Below are positions 11,552-24,647 of a DNA stretch of 64,000 bases, piece by piece (positions within the stretch are counted from its first letter, which is position 1; every line of letters begins with the position of its first letter). This DNA comes from Octopus sinensis (lineage: Eukaryota), in assembly GCF_006345805.1 (NCBI RefSeq), contig NW_021835474.1, positions 12,313 through 76,312 on the forward strand. Reading direction: 5' to 3'. The position numbers were made by a program, and so were the translations under genes. Below the pieces are notes generated by a model that ran no database searches, was not told where the DNA came from, and worked only from the letters and a program-made list of their open reading frames with translations.

Positions 11552-11719
11552 GTATGAACGTAAAGACAGAACATCTACAAAGATCATCATTGCTTGGAAC
11601 TGCAAGAATTCTCCGCAGGGTTCTTGAAGCATGATCAGTAAACAAGTACCACTTTAGTTTTTTTGGCTGGGGACAGCAAAATAAACTGAGAGTTTTCATA
11701 GAAAATTACTATTATTAAA

Positions 11720-12187
11720 TCTTCTTCTTCTTCTTCTTCTTCTTCTTCTTCTTCTTCTTCTTCTTCTCCTCCTCCTCCTCCTCCTTCTCCTCCTTCTCTC
11801 CTTCTTCTCCTCCTCCTCCTCCTTCTTTTCCTCCTCCTCCTCCTCCTCCTCCTTCTTCTTCTTCTTCTTCTTCTTCTCCTCCTCCTCCTCCTCCTTCTCC
11901 TTCTTCTCCTCCTCCTCCTCCTTATTTTCTCCTCCTCCTCCTCCTCCCTCCTCCTTCTTCTTCTTCTTCTTCTTCTCCTCCTCCTCCTCCTCCTCCTCCT
12001 TCTTCTTCTTCTTCTTCTTCTCCTCCTCTTCATCCTCTTCCTCCTTCTTCTTCTCCTTCTTCTTCTTCTTCTTCTTCTTCTTCTCCTCCTCTTCCTCCTC
12101 CTCCTCCTCCTCCTTCTCCTCCTCCTCCTCCTCCTCCTCCTCCTTCTTCTTCTTCTTCCTTCTTCTTCTTCTTCTTCTTCTTCTTCT
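11720..12187. repeat. (TTC/TCC)n microsatellite
   Basis: Pure pyrimidine trinucleotide tract. Confidence 0.95.
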
Positions 12188-12589
12188 GAGAACGTGTAAA
12201 TTAATGCCGTGACTTAACATCCAAATTATCGCTAGCATTACGGTTACAATGCGGTTAACTAGTTGATTTAATCAACCGGTCATGCGCATTACGATCAGGA
12301 GTGTCCAAAATGTTGATAGTTTCGTTAGTATCATAGTTACGTGTCGGGTATAGCACATTATCAAAATTAAGGTCAACATAGAAGTCACTGCTTACGTAAT
12401 CAATCTGGTGATCATAGTTTGGGGCAGTCGGAGATAAGTTATTGTCTGTGTTAGCCATGCTGATACTGTTGGATTTCTCGGACATAACTGGTTTACTGAA
12501 TATAGTTGAAACTTGCCAATAAGAACAAGTTACAGGAGAATAATTAGGAGCCCTATTCACATGTGCATCTGCTTTGTCCCTATTTAGGA

Positions 12590-12800
12590 ACAATTTACTT
12601 TGTTTATGATGGTTAATAGCAGTTATGATATCTGCTAAATTGGGCGCACTTGAAAATGAAAGTTTAATAGTGTGTTTATTGAATACCTTGCTTTATTTAC
12701 TGGGGGCAGGGAAATTACTCTGTAGTACCCTAATTCTTTTTTTTTTGTTTTTTAGTTATTTGCGAAACGAAATTTATTGTATAAGGAGAATTATACGAGA
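12590..12800 (-). mobile_element. Penelope-like retroelement RT C-terminal relic
   Basis: Minus-strand translation SPY...NFPAPSK*SKVFNKHTIKLSFSSAPNLADII resembles the PLE HFP..KIFNRNTVKLSYSCMPN motif. Confidence 0.55.
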
Positions 12801-14571
12801 TCTCCCTCTTACTCAACCGACGGTTAACGATCAATGGTCAAGTACTGGCATTGTTGCTGACGTTATTCTTGGTTTGGCTGCAGTGTTTTACTCAGGTTTT
12901 AGTGCGCTGGTCTTGCTCAGAAGCCAAATTAGAGTTTACTCTTTGAGTACCTAAACTTATCAGAGGATTTGGGTATATTTAAAGCATTATGTATTTGCAT
13001 TTTTCCAAGATTTATAATAGTCATTATGGCCAGTTACGTTTTTAGATAAAAATTTATTGATCTCAGTATTAGAAGTAATTAAGTTACCGTTCACTGAACT
13101 TACCTTAACCTCAATGTTTTTATAATGGATATTTAGATGAGATATAAAAATATCCCCTTTTCATATTGCACATTATTCAGATGATTTTAAAGTGACTTCG
13201 AATGACTGTTAGTTACTTTAACCAAAATGGGAGTTATTTGAGTTGGGAATAAAAAAATTATATACAGCTCTACCTAAAGCTCATTAGCAGTTAATTTTGA
13301 AATTATAGTGGAAACACCCTTAATCATAGAATTTATTATGCTTCTAGGATGGTTTAAAAATATATTCAGTTACTTAAAATTTTTGTTTGGTGAATGGAAA
13401 GGAAAGGACAGGTCAATATTCAACTACAAAGTAACATCAAGAAATTTGCAACTTTGAGGTTGTTTTCAATAGAAATTCACATTAAAAAATTTTTTTTAAT
13501 ATCCTACTTGAGTCGCGAATCAAGAAAAGTGTATCGTACCTAAATAGACCACCCAAAAGATTTGGTAAATGTCCATATAGACAATGCAAAATATAAATTC
13601 TAAACCAAGTCGGTTACTTGCACTGAGTCATTTGATCCCATCGTTATGTGGATGCTATTTACTCTTTTCCTAGTCGACAGTTTGAAATCAAATTCAATTA
13701 CTGTACGCCTAATGCTAAGAACAGTAGTAGTTCATGCAGGCATAGCGTGGATTCGATCCTCAGTAACTAAATTTCACTTAACAGTTCAACAGCACTTTTC
13801 TCACGGTAAAACAATAGTTTTGTGTGAGTGACAGCATTATATTTGCAAGATACCTTCGCTAAGCAGAATAATGCCGTTGCTACTTGACCATTCTAACCTC
13901 TTCTAGGCCACCAAAAGCTAGAATAGAGATAACAGACCGCCAACGAAATCTATTGTTCTCAACAATATGCCTCTCCTTCTAACTAGTTTGGATAATTATA
14001 AATACTAAAACACCGTAGGAAAAAGTTAGTGGGCAGAAAAGGAGATGACGCAGAGGCGACCACAGGCAGAATCCAGTAACTGAGATATTCAACTGAGAGA
14101 AGGCTTATAGTAAGAATATCAACTATGATCAACTTTGATACGGTGTCTTATCACAACACCACTGCTGTTTAAATGTCAGGCACCATGAAGGTATCATTTT
14201 ATCGATTCCCTACACTTAACATCCAGTCTATCTTCCTCTATTTCCTAGTTAGGCAGCTAACAGTTGACCAAACGTAAACAGCAACAACATACAAAGAAAG
14301 ATAACTCTATTGTTTTTATATGATACACACGCCTGTCCGTCGTGGTATGGCATATATTGAAGTGACAGTAAATAAATATTTCGTTACAACTTCAATCACT
14401 GTCCTTCTTCCATCTTGCACACTGGCAACCAACACCTTAACAACAACCGTTACGGAACTATATCTATTACACTACGATCTGCTTCCGCTAGGATGGCAAC
14501 TTATGCCCTTCTCCCTTTCAACTTCACAAATGGTTTCGATTCAGGTGTCTTGGGGAAATTTCGAACCCCAA

Positions 14572-14618
14572 GACACCTGAAGAAGGCTGGAGGGTATATC
14601 AGCCGAAACGTTGTGTTA
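14572..14618 (+). ncRNA. Type I hammerhead ribozyme motif, Penelope-type
   Basis: GACAC-CTGAAGA-A-GGCTG(11-nt loop)CAGCC-GAAA-C-GTT-GTGTT: core, 5-bp helix II, palindromic ACGT helix III, helix I GACAC/GTGTT. Confidence 0.75.
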
Positions 14619-15834
14619 ACAACAAACAAGATGAAGATTCCGTCGAATGTAAATAATATAAATAATGCAAATAATGTACGTCTCTGACCTATCGCTTATT
14701 CCAAACAGTTGAACAAAATGCTATTGGGACGCCGCACATGTTTACTTGAAACGGTCTTCATCGAACAGCTTTCGTTTCTTCTAATTTTAGCGCACGAATT
14801 CTAACTCTGGAAATGCAACCTTTGTATTTCATGTTAAAGAAATGGTCGAGGGCCATTCTTGCTGCTCGGCTGCTGGCCACGATGCTTTTCTTATCATCTT
14901 TTCTAGCCCACTCATTAGCTCCCTCTCTAATATATTTCTCTCTATCACTATCTTCTTGCTAAGTGATTACAGCTCATATTTCCCGCTTCGAGGTGGTGGT
15001 GCTCCTCACCCTCTTAATGTTTATGATTGCCCCCATCAAATACTGCTTGACTAGTTTGTCAATCCGGTTTCTATAGACTTTGCGCATTCAACATCCAGTA
15101 ACTTGGCCCTAGTCTATAAGTTCTATCTGTGCAGACCACAAATTTGTGACCTGTGTAGCTGATTTCTTTAAAATGTGGATATCCAGTGGCATCTCTTTGC
15201 TAACATGACAAATACTCTAAGTATAATTTGGATGACCTATTTTAGTCGCTCTAAGTCCACTCTGGTGCATTCAGGAAATCTAGCCAGTATATGTCAGACA
15301 GTTAGAAGCATTTTGAGCAGGTTTTCAAGGCTTTTGCACCTCCTTCTCATATGGATTAACCCTACACAATCCCATTGTGCATCTAAATCAAATCCCCAGC
15401 GGATTTAAGAAGCGGGATGTTTTCAGGAACGTTTCTTGACGTCGTCTTACCCCAGTAGGTGCGTAGACGGCCACGACTTTCAAGGTACTGACTTTAAAAT
15501 CATCCTTATCCAATACTACCGAATTACTACGTGGATTTATGAAGCTTCTCTGTACTGCTTAACCTAATTCTTTCCGGAAGGAAAAGCACTGCTGCTCCAC
15601 CACCCGTTCCCGTCAAACCTTAAGGTGAGTACGCTTTGTAGAAGTAAAAAAATGAAGTTTTATGCGTTACACAAATGTTGGTTTCTGTAATGGCTACTAC
15701 ATCTATGTCAAGTCATCTGAGGTCATTGAGGAAGTAACCTTAATTCCAAGTTGAGCCCAGATCACAAGACAATACAATGTGGGCTTACACAAAAAACATG
15801 TAAGCAAAAAAAAAAAAAAAAGCAAAAAGAGAAA

Positions 15835-16260
15835 ATCCAGAAAAGTTCAAAGTAAAATCCCCTAAAATGGGGAAACCTCCGAGGACTACTCGTGGAAACC
15901 CCATAAAATCATAGTGACCTTGGCCACTAGGGAAAATGCTCTCACTCTGTCCTCTGACCTACAGGTACATGCTCAGTGCAGGCCGCTCACTTGGGCCATG
16001 CTCATTATTCTCATTCCTCTTTCAACTAATTAGCTGAGAGGGAGCACTTCCCTCTCAACCTTCATTTTCTTTTTCAAATAAAACTTGAAGAAGTTGGTGT
16101 GAGTTTGGTCGCAGATGGAGGTACCTGTCTCCAGCTGTTTCGGTCTCGTCTACCACAACAACTTCTTTCGCTAAACCCACCAGACAGACAGACAAAACCT
16201 GCATGACCTTTCCGGTCAAAGGAAGGCAGTGAGACAATCTTTACAATGGACTCAGTTGAA
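15835..16260 (-). mobile_element. Old 5'-truncated L1/Tx1-like LINE 3' end in intron 1 of paralog A
   Basis: Homologous to 41860-42300, which translates as W*TRLK...FFEFHLNEKI*VERE..., like the ORF2 C-terminus of the 45-50 kb LINE. Confidence 0.6.
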
Positions 16261-16508
16261 ACTCGGCTGTATATATCTATGTAACATTTTGGAGCTTTCA
16301 GACACCGGAGCCTATGCCAGCATTATGAAACAGCTCTCTCTGTGGGTTTTTGGGTAGCCGCCAACCGTGTGTGATGTGGATTATTTTTATTGGTTACCAG
16401 ATAACAGTTTGATGTAGTTTGTCGGTTACCGATATGCATCTACTGTAATCAATTATAAAATACTTAAAATCACTAATAAATTAAAATAAAAACGAAAATA
16501 CTAATTAC

Positions 16509-16699
16509 CTTACAGGTTGATCGGATTTAACATTGAGATCTGATTCTCGATTTGTGCATTCATCATCTTCACAAAATCCGGGATTCACACCTTTCTGGGG
16601 ACATGTCTCTGTTGCAACTTCAGTGAGATTTCTCTTCCCTTCTTCTAGTTTAGCATTTAGTACGTTTACTTGGATAATAATTTCGTTATCGTTGGTCAT
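16509..16699 (-). CDS. SLC16/MCT-like paralog A, putative coding exon 1 (hydrophilic N-terminus)
   Basis: ATG with upstream in-frame stop; donor AG|GTAATT in phase 2 matches the phase-2 acceptor of exon 2; conserved at 42489-42673. Confidence 0.7.
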
Positions 16700-17342
16700 T
16701 TTCGGACTAAACCTCTATGGCTTGTTTTTCTGTGTGAGTGACTGTATGTATGTTTTGTATGTACGTATGCGGATTGGTGTCCCACCACTGATGGTCTCAT
16801 CGAAGAAATAAACACAATATTTCCTCTTCTTATGTTTATATATCCAAGAAGCTCCCCACCACCAAATTGTTCTTATGAAAAACAAAAAGACAAAAAAAAA
16901 AAAACGAAAATTTTAATGATATTCAAAAGCATGCTGAAATGAGGCAATACCTGGGTAAATAATTCTCAGGTTACAAGACTGAGGCCCTTGAAACAATTAG
17001 CAGCTTATTTCATCACAACACTATCAGCCAATATTCTCGATTTATCAATTCAACAACAGAACTCTAAAGTTAATTTATTTCATATTGTTTTTCTTATCTA
17101 CTATTTCCCGTTTTTGTCATACTTTTCTCTGAAATCTGGTGCTGACTTATTCGAAGCAGATACAAAACCAGTATTGTCTAGTTGGTTGCGCTTAAACAAG
17201 GTCAGGAACCATACAGAGAAGCTTTTACAAGACTTTTTAAATCGAACTGGAAGCCGTTCACCCGACTTCATTAGACGCAATGTTTAACTCCTTTCGACTA
17301 CCCTCACTAGACATAATTATTGCATGAGAACCTTTAGTTAAA

Positions 17343-17641
17343 ACTAGCAGTATCGCCCGGCGTTGCTCGGGTTTGTAAGGGAAATAACTATATAAGCATT
17401 TTTAGAGAGTTATAGCCAAAAAATAGCAAAAAAATGCATTAAAATGGAAAAAAATGATGGTAAATTTATTTTAATCGTAGACTCATCGTAGACGCGCGCT
17501 AATACCCAGAAAGGCTCGATATGAATCACGACTATAAGATACTCGGTTTTGGTTAAACTGCACCGCTAAATGTGGGAGTAGTTAGGAATCTAAATCGTAG
17601 GAGACAGACAGACACACAACCTCACTTTTATATATAAAGAT
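17343..17641 (+). mobile_element. Non-autonomous Helentron/Lep1-like element
   Basis: ACTAGCAGTATCGCCCGGCGTTGCTCGGG start and (GACA)n...TTTTATATATAAAGAT end; at least five copies. Confidence 0.7.
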
Positions 17642-17799
17642 ATATCAATCATTCATCAATAATATGCTTCAGTTAATGGATAAAAGGAACATAAGCATCC
17701 ACCTTTAGAAGTCCCTTACCGTTTTTCCCTTTCTGTTTTCTTGAATGTTATTCTCATTTTTTCTCTCCCTCGTATTTCTTCACGGAGAAGCTATATTAT

Positions 17800-18719
17800 T
17801 TGACCCTGAACAATTTCTGAATCGTGCACAGCACGCAATCCAAGCTCGTCCAGTTACTACCCTATCCGAATATGAAATGCGAAGTAACTCACGTACAACT
17901 CCTGCATTCATTAAACGATATTGTGCATCTTGACCACTTCATTACATTGAATTTTGCATAAAGATCTCCATATGCAAGCGTACAAAATTCACCTTACGCA
18001 GCAGCATCTTCAGCCACCTGGCCACGGGAGGCGGAGGAAATTTGCTGATTTGGTTGTGGAGAGACTTGCAGTTGAAGAAAATTCTGCGAAGAAAATCATC
18101 TTCAGTGACGAGGCCCACTTCCACTTGAATGGATTTATCAATAAACAGAACTGCAAGATTTGAGGAAATGAAAGTCCTCAAATAATGAGGATTTTCATGC
18201 CTGAAATGCATCGTCTGTGTCTTGTGTGGTGAGGTTTTTGAACAGGTGGAGCGCTTGGACCGTTCTTCGTTGAAAATGATGAGTGGAATGCAGTTACCAT
18301 TAATGGAGAACGTTACCGAGAGATGATATCCACTCAGTTATGGCCGAACTTGGAAGATACAGAGATTTAGCAGGATGAATCGACCTGTCACACTTCGCGC
18401 CAAAAGCTTGTATTACTCCAGGAAAATTTTCCGCAATTTGTGATATCCTTGTATGGTGACCAGCAATGACCACCAAGGCTGAAATCAGATGTGTGATTGG
18501 AGGTATCGATCCACACATCTGTGAGAGAGTTATCGGAAATTTCGAGGAGCGCATAAATGTATGCAGACTCAGTGCAGTTGGACATATGATCGACATTGTG
18601 CTCCATACCTAAACGGGAGACACAACTCGTTAGAAATATGCAGAATATAATCATGTTTATAAGAATTCGTTTTAATTATTCACCTTTCAAATCCGGTGCC
18701 CTTTATGGGACACCCTGTA
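17800..18719 (+). mobile_element. Tc1/mariner-superfamily transposon relic (maT-like), 5'-truncated
   Basis: YKIHLTQ...IIFSDEAHFHLNGFINKQNC motif; 3' terminus GGGACACCCTG-TA. Confidence 0.8.
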
Positions 18720-18989
18720 TAAAGTAGTCGTTGGTTAGGGCCAGTCAGAAAGGTACTATTGGTCTCATGCCTATCGTCACTCTTAGCAATAAAAGCAACT
18801 CGCCAGACATGCTGGCTGGAGGCACATAGCCTTTCCACAGAGTGATGGTCGTTCTTCACAGACCTAGTAAGAACACTGTAATTACCATTAATGGTGCAGA
18901 TGTGTCTTGTTGAATCCTCATTAATCGAAGCGATAGGGCATTTCAGCATCTGTCTGCGTGCCTGTCTGTCTGTCTGTCTGTCTGTCTGC

Positions 18990-19052
<63 letters not shown>

Positions 19053-19139
19053 AAACCGAGGGAGTTAAGTGTGTGAATCAAGGCTTTCTTAAATTTCCCC
19101 AGGGTGTGCCCATTCGCACTTCAAGAGATGCTTAAAACA

Positions 19140-19578
19140 TCATCTCTTACTTAAGGTGTCATGTATACATGATCCTATAAGGTCGCAGGTATCCGCGCTG
19201 TCGAATTCTCCTATTGCCACATCAAAGGAGACTTTTGGATCAGTTTATTTGACCCAGGCCGAACCTTTATTGAACAGCAGGGTTTTCTGGGGTGCATTAT
19301 TTACCCAAATGTCCCTATTACTAACATCATTAGCGAAAATCAGCGCCATTTTTAGTAATCCTTACAATATAGATGGAAAGAGCACTGTATCAAACTGGGT
19401 GAACTTTGCTCTGTCCAAGCTTTTCTTCAAAATCCTGAGCCCCAATAGGTTCTCTGGCGTAATCTTTTCATGTAGGCACACATTTTATTCCTCGTTTGCC
19501 CATTATATAAAGTCTCTATAATTTTTCCTAATTTCGATCCAGCCCTAACTTAACACTTAGCTATGCTAGCATCATGCC

Positions 19579-19619
<41 letters not shown>

Positions 19620-20625
19620 TTCTTTTTTTACCTTTCTCCATAGCTTAGCAATAGTTGTTCGCTTTTTTGATGAACAATCGTTTAACATAAATATTAACCT
19701 ACCTTTAATAAATCCACAATTAAAATCCAAATAAAATCCTATCTAACAACACCAAATTTGGGATCCGTAATTGCCCCCACTAATAGACGCAACTTAAGCC
19801 ACATTACGGTGGACTTTACGTTTTATCCTCCTGGATCCCATACCAACCCACCTGATAATAATAATACAACACTTGGTAACCCTACCTGATTCAATAATAC
19901 CAACCATGGTACTACTGCTCCTACTACCAGCAACTTGACCATACATAACAGCGGTGACATGCTGTGTCAGCCCAATACTGGTAATGATAGCACCTCCGGT
20001 TTTTCTTTAAAGACAACAGACTAGATAAATCGGAACGGAATAGGGATCAATCCTAGGCCCACCGCTGGTGGGAAAATCGCCAATTGAGGGGTCTCTCAAC
20101 ATTGTCCGCTGGATGGTTTCTGCTTACGCTATAATGTAGTGTATAAATGTCGGGTAATAACACTACGTTCCCACCGAGCTAGGGTCTTCATTGGTAATAC
20201 TGTTGATTTCAAGAGCTGCTACCGAGATCAAATAAATTTGTTCTCAAATCGAGGAGTTAAACTCTCAACCTCCCTAGCTACATACACATACATAACCTCA
20301 AGTTTCGAAATATTCCCTATATCTTATCCTGGTCCATAGTCTGCAAGGCTCCCCCGTAAATTGTGTTCATGGGAGTTGCTCACTATCCTTCACCAATACA
20401 ACCTCTCATTACTCATTAGGTTCTCTGGCGTAATCTTTTCATGTAGGCACATATTTTATTCCTCTTTTGCCCTTTATATAAAGTCTCTATAATTTTTCCT
20501 AATTACGATCCAGCCCTAACTTAACACTTAGCTATGCTAGCATCATGCCCCTTCTCCCTCTTCTTTTTTTACCTTTCTTCATAGCTTAGCAATAGTTGTT
20601 CGCTTTTTTGATGAACAATCGCTTA
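19140..20625. mobile_element. Rearranged Penelope-like element: minus-strand RT fragments and plus-strand RT C-terminus plus GIY-YIG endonuclease
   Basis: Minus: TLLFNKGSAWVK...FDVAIGEFDSADTCDLIG; plus: FNKSTIK...PNLGSVI and CPLDGFCLRYNVVYKCRV...FIGNTVDFK; ~19437-19690 duplicated at ~20415-20625. Confidence 0.7.
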
Positions 20626-20629
20626 ATGT

Positions 20630-22063
20630 CAAGGATACTCTTCTGGATGCAGTTGCAATAGAAAATGGTTCGTCTCAGGGTTTGTACGATTCTGTCAAGT
20701 CTACGTTTACAAAAGAAGATGTATCTATGAGCAACATACTTGGATTTGCCAGCGATAATTGCTCAACAGTGATGGGTAACAAGAGCGGGTTTCAAAACTT
20801 ATTAAGAAACGATATTCCGACTGTATTTACAATAGGCTGTGTTTGCCATTCGTTTGCACTTTGTTCAAGTCATGCAGTGAAGGTGTTACCTTCGTATCTC
20901 AAATCCTTTTTAAAGGACTTCTTACTTTTCTCGAAGTGGTAAACGTCAAAACGACTTCAATATGATAAAAAGTGTTGTTGGCACAAAAGAAAAAAGATTC
21001 CAAAGCTTTCGCAAACTCGATGGTTGTCGCGTGAAAATGTAATTAACTTTATAATAGAGCAATGGAATGCCCTTGTTCTTTATTTTCAGTGTGAGGCTAA
21101 AGTAGGAAAAGTGGACGGAGCAAAAAGGATCTCTATGAAACAATGATTAACAAAAGGACGAAGCAAATCTGCTCTTCTTACATTATATATTAAAGAAAGT
21201 AAATGCTCTTAATGTCGAGTTTCAATCGGAACACTTTCGACTGCATCTGTTGCATACACTCGCATCCAGCGAATATAAAAGTATCCTTGGTTGCTTTATA
21301 AAAGAAGACGTTTTAGCTGTATCTAAATTATCAGATACTGATCTTAATAACACAACAAATCACAAAGGTATCAGTGATGTTTACCTCGGTGGACACGCGA
21401 TAAGATATCTAGAACAAAATCCCATCGTTGGTGACTCAGCTGAATTCAAAAGTGATTTTTAATAGAATTATGCTCTCAAATAAAAATGCGCTTTCCTCTT
21501 GATGAAGCTGGAATGTTTGGCCTTCTAGAAATACTTGATTCAAAAGTAGCGCGCGATCTCACTAACTCTCCTAAGTCGACAATTCCCTTGGTATCAAACT
21601 TTCCAGCTATTGCACTAGAAAACACACTTGATGAACTAGACGATGTGTGGAGATTATTTCGGCAATATAAAAATATTCCAGTTTCCTCAAAAAGCATCCC
21701 TGAACTCTAGTATTCCATACGCAATCTAAAAGACGGGTTTGACCACTCTAAATTTGAGAGGCAGTTACAATTCATGACTAATTTAACGGTGTTACCTCAT
21801 TCATCAGTGTGTGTAGAGTAAATTTCACAGAGTTCACTAATAGGTTGAAGGCTGAAACGATTACCGATCGTCTGCTCGCTAAACAAGCAATTACAAGAAA
21901 GGGAACATTATGCATTTCTTGGGAGCCGAACGCTAAACTTATTAAAGACGTTGTAGGTGGGTCTTGTCATCGTAGATTGAACTTCAAAAAGGAAGAAAAC
22001 GAGTCTATCACCATTGAAGGAATGAATGAAGATGATGTGGATATGTACGAAATTGACAATTAG
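20630..22063 (+). pseudogene. hAT-superfamily transposase pseudogene
   Basis: GFASDNCSTVMG, CVCHSFAL (CxxH), TRWLS and LPHSS..CVE dimerisation motif across several broken frames. Confidence 0.8.
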
Positions 22064-22704
22064 CTGCCATATGATATAAAGTAAGTATTAAATTCTGTAT
22101 TCATTTTGTCTTATAACATATTTTATCATTAAATTATAATAAGAGATTACCAATTATATACCTATTTCCTAACATCTGGGATTATAAAACAGGATCTGGG
22201 TTTTTTGCAGCAAATAATCTAGGTGTTTTATTATTTGATGAGTGGAAACCTTGGTACTAACACAACATCTACGTTAAGTTGGATATAATGATTGCCTTTT
22301 CGTATTAATACTGCTTCTGTAGCTATCAATTATTTTCAAATAAACCCGCTGGCTATTTGCACTACTAGTGCCTGGGTAGATGTTGATATTCTATATATCG
22401 TTGACAAGGAGATTCGGCTGTTATGTCGCTACTGGATATCTGTTACTGAGGAACCCAGGCAGGACGAAATCACATGATCTGGCAGTTCTGGCAGCCGTAG
22501 CAGTCAGTCCTCGTTTGCCTATGATATAAACATGAGTGCTTTTATACACTTATATGTATGAGTTCATTATTTTATTCATTTTTAGAAAAATTGAAGCATA
22601 TCTTTGACAATTCCAGATTGTATTGAACTTATTTTGTGCGTGACTTTTTGTCCACTCAGTCTCTCTCTCTTATATATATAATATATATATATAATATATA
22701 TATA

Positions 22705-22969
22705 GCATGGCCACAGTTACATGACTGAAACAAGTAAAAGAGTAAAGAGAGTATATATATATATATATGTGCGTATTTGTGAGTCGCTTGACAACCGATG
22801 CTGGTGTGTTTACGTCCCCGTAACTTATCGGTTCGGCAAAAAAGAGACCGATAAAATAAGTAATAGGCTTACAAAGAATAAGTCCTGGGGTCGATTGCTC
22901 GACTAAAGGCGGTGCTCCAGCATGGCCACAGTTACATGACTGAAACAAGTAAAAGAGTAAAGAGAGTAT

Positions 22970-23001
<32 letters not shown>

Positions 23002-23017
23002 CTCTCTTTACTCTTTT

Positions 23018-23068
<51 letters not shown>

Positions 23069-23270
23069 TCTCTTTACTCTTTTACTTGTTTCAGTCATGT
23101 AACTGTGGCCATGCTGGAGCACCGCCTTTAGTCGAGCAAATCGACCCCAGGACTTATTCTTTGTAAGCCTATTACTTATTTTATCGGTCTCTTTTTTGCC
23201 GAACCGATAAGTTACGGGGACGTAAACACACCAGCATCGGTTGTCAAGCGACTCACAAACACGCACATAC

Positions 23271-23318
<48 letters not shown>

Positions 23319-23466
23319 GACGGGCTTCTTTCAGTTTCCGTCTACCAAATCCACTCACAAGGCTTTGGTCGGCCCGAGGCTATAGTAGAAGACACTTACC
23401 CAAGGTGCCACGCAGTGGGACTGAACCCGGAACCATGTGGTTCGTAAACATGCTACTTACCACATA
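22705..23466. mobile_element. SINE family A copy (minus, ~23067-23466) with a local inverted duplicate of its 3' half (plus, ~22770-22968)
   Basis: Shared private variants (CCACAGTTACATG, AACTTATCGG, AAGTAATAGG) in both arms around a (TA)n centre. Confidence 0.8.
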
Positions 23467-23639
23467 GCACACACAATATTGTGTATACAAGGTATGTGTT
23501 TTGCTAGTTCGTGGGTAGGCTGTGCTTATAGGTGTACGAGAATATATTCTCTTCAATGCGCCTGGTGTTAAACAGTACGAGTGAAAACTACAAATAATAT
23601 GGGTAGCTTATTAACAATTTAACAACCTAAAGGCAAATT

Positions 23640-24141
23640 TATAGACGTCATTGAAGTGATACAGGGTACTCAGTAGTACTAACATTGCTAGAAATAAGAG
23701 TCAAAACAACTTAATAGCTACAGAAGCACTGTCTTAATGAGTGACAAGGGGAGACAAGTTCCCCAGCGGACATAGCCGGGTCACCGGTGATTTCAAATTT
23801 TGATGCAGAGCATCTTAATTCTCATCGATGGCTCTTATCGCGCCTAGGGTTAAACTCAACTCCCTTACCATTTATGAAATCAGTGTATGAGTTCAATGGT
23901 TTTCTTATAAGCCGACAAGGTGAGTTGAGTTTAACCCTAGGCATAAGAACCACCGATGAGAGTTAATATGCTCTGCATAAAAATTTGAAATCACTGGTAA
24001 TCTGGCTATGTTCCCTAGGGAACTTGTCTCCTCTTGTCGGTCATTAAAATAATGCTTCTGTGGCTATTGAGTTGTTTTGACTCTTATTTCTAGCAATGCT
24101 GGTACTACTTAGTATCCTCTGTCACTTTAGAGATGTCTATA
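23640..24141. mobile_element. ~500-bp foldback/MITE with ~215-bp imperfect inverted arms
   Basis: TATAGACGTC...CCTAGGGTTAAACTCAACTC and GAGTTGAGTTTAACCCTAGG...GATGTCTATA; arm fragment recurs at ~25335-25385. Confidence 0.8.
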
Positions 24142-24229
24142 TATGTATATACTGGTTAGTTGTTCACCCCCAAATCACTCTGAAATTACTTTTTGTGTAG
24201 TTACATTTTATGTATTTCAGTAGTATATA

Positions 24230-24647
24230 GGCGCAGGAGTGGCTGTGTGGTAAGTAGCTTGTTTACCAACCACATGGTTCCAGGTTCAGTCCCACTGCGT
24301 GGCATCTTGAGAAGTGTCTTCTGCTATAGCCTCGGGTCGACCAATGCCTTGTGAGTGGATTTGGTAGACGGAAACTGAAAGAAGCCTGTCGTATATATGT
24401 ATATATATATATATATGTGTGCGTGTATGTTTATGTGTCTGTGTTTGTCCCCCTAGCATTGCTTGACAACCGATGCTGGTGTGTTTACGTTCCCGTCACC
24501 TAGCGGTTCGGCAAAAGGGACCGATAGAATAAGTACTGAGCTTACAACGAATAAGTCCCGGGGTCGAGTTGCTCGACTAAAGGCGGTGCTCCAGCATGGC
24601 CGCAGCCAAATGACTGAAACAAGTAAAAGAGTAAAAGTGTAAAAGAG
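24230..24647 (+). mobile_element. SINE family A, full length, TATA on both sides
   Basis: TATA at 24226-24229 and 24648-24651. Confidence 0.9.

Noticed and set aside
11635-12238. Poly-R/E/K ORFs, and similar poly-V/T/L (38184-38961) and YI-repeat ORFs
   Set aside because: Translations of microsatellites
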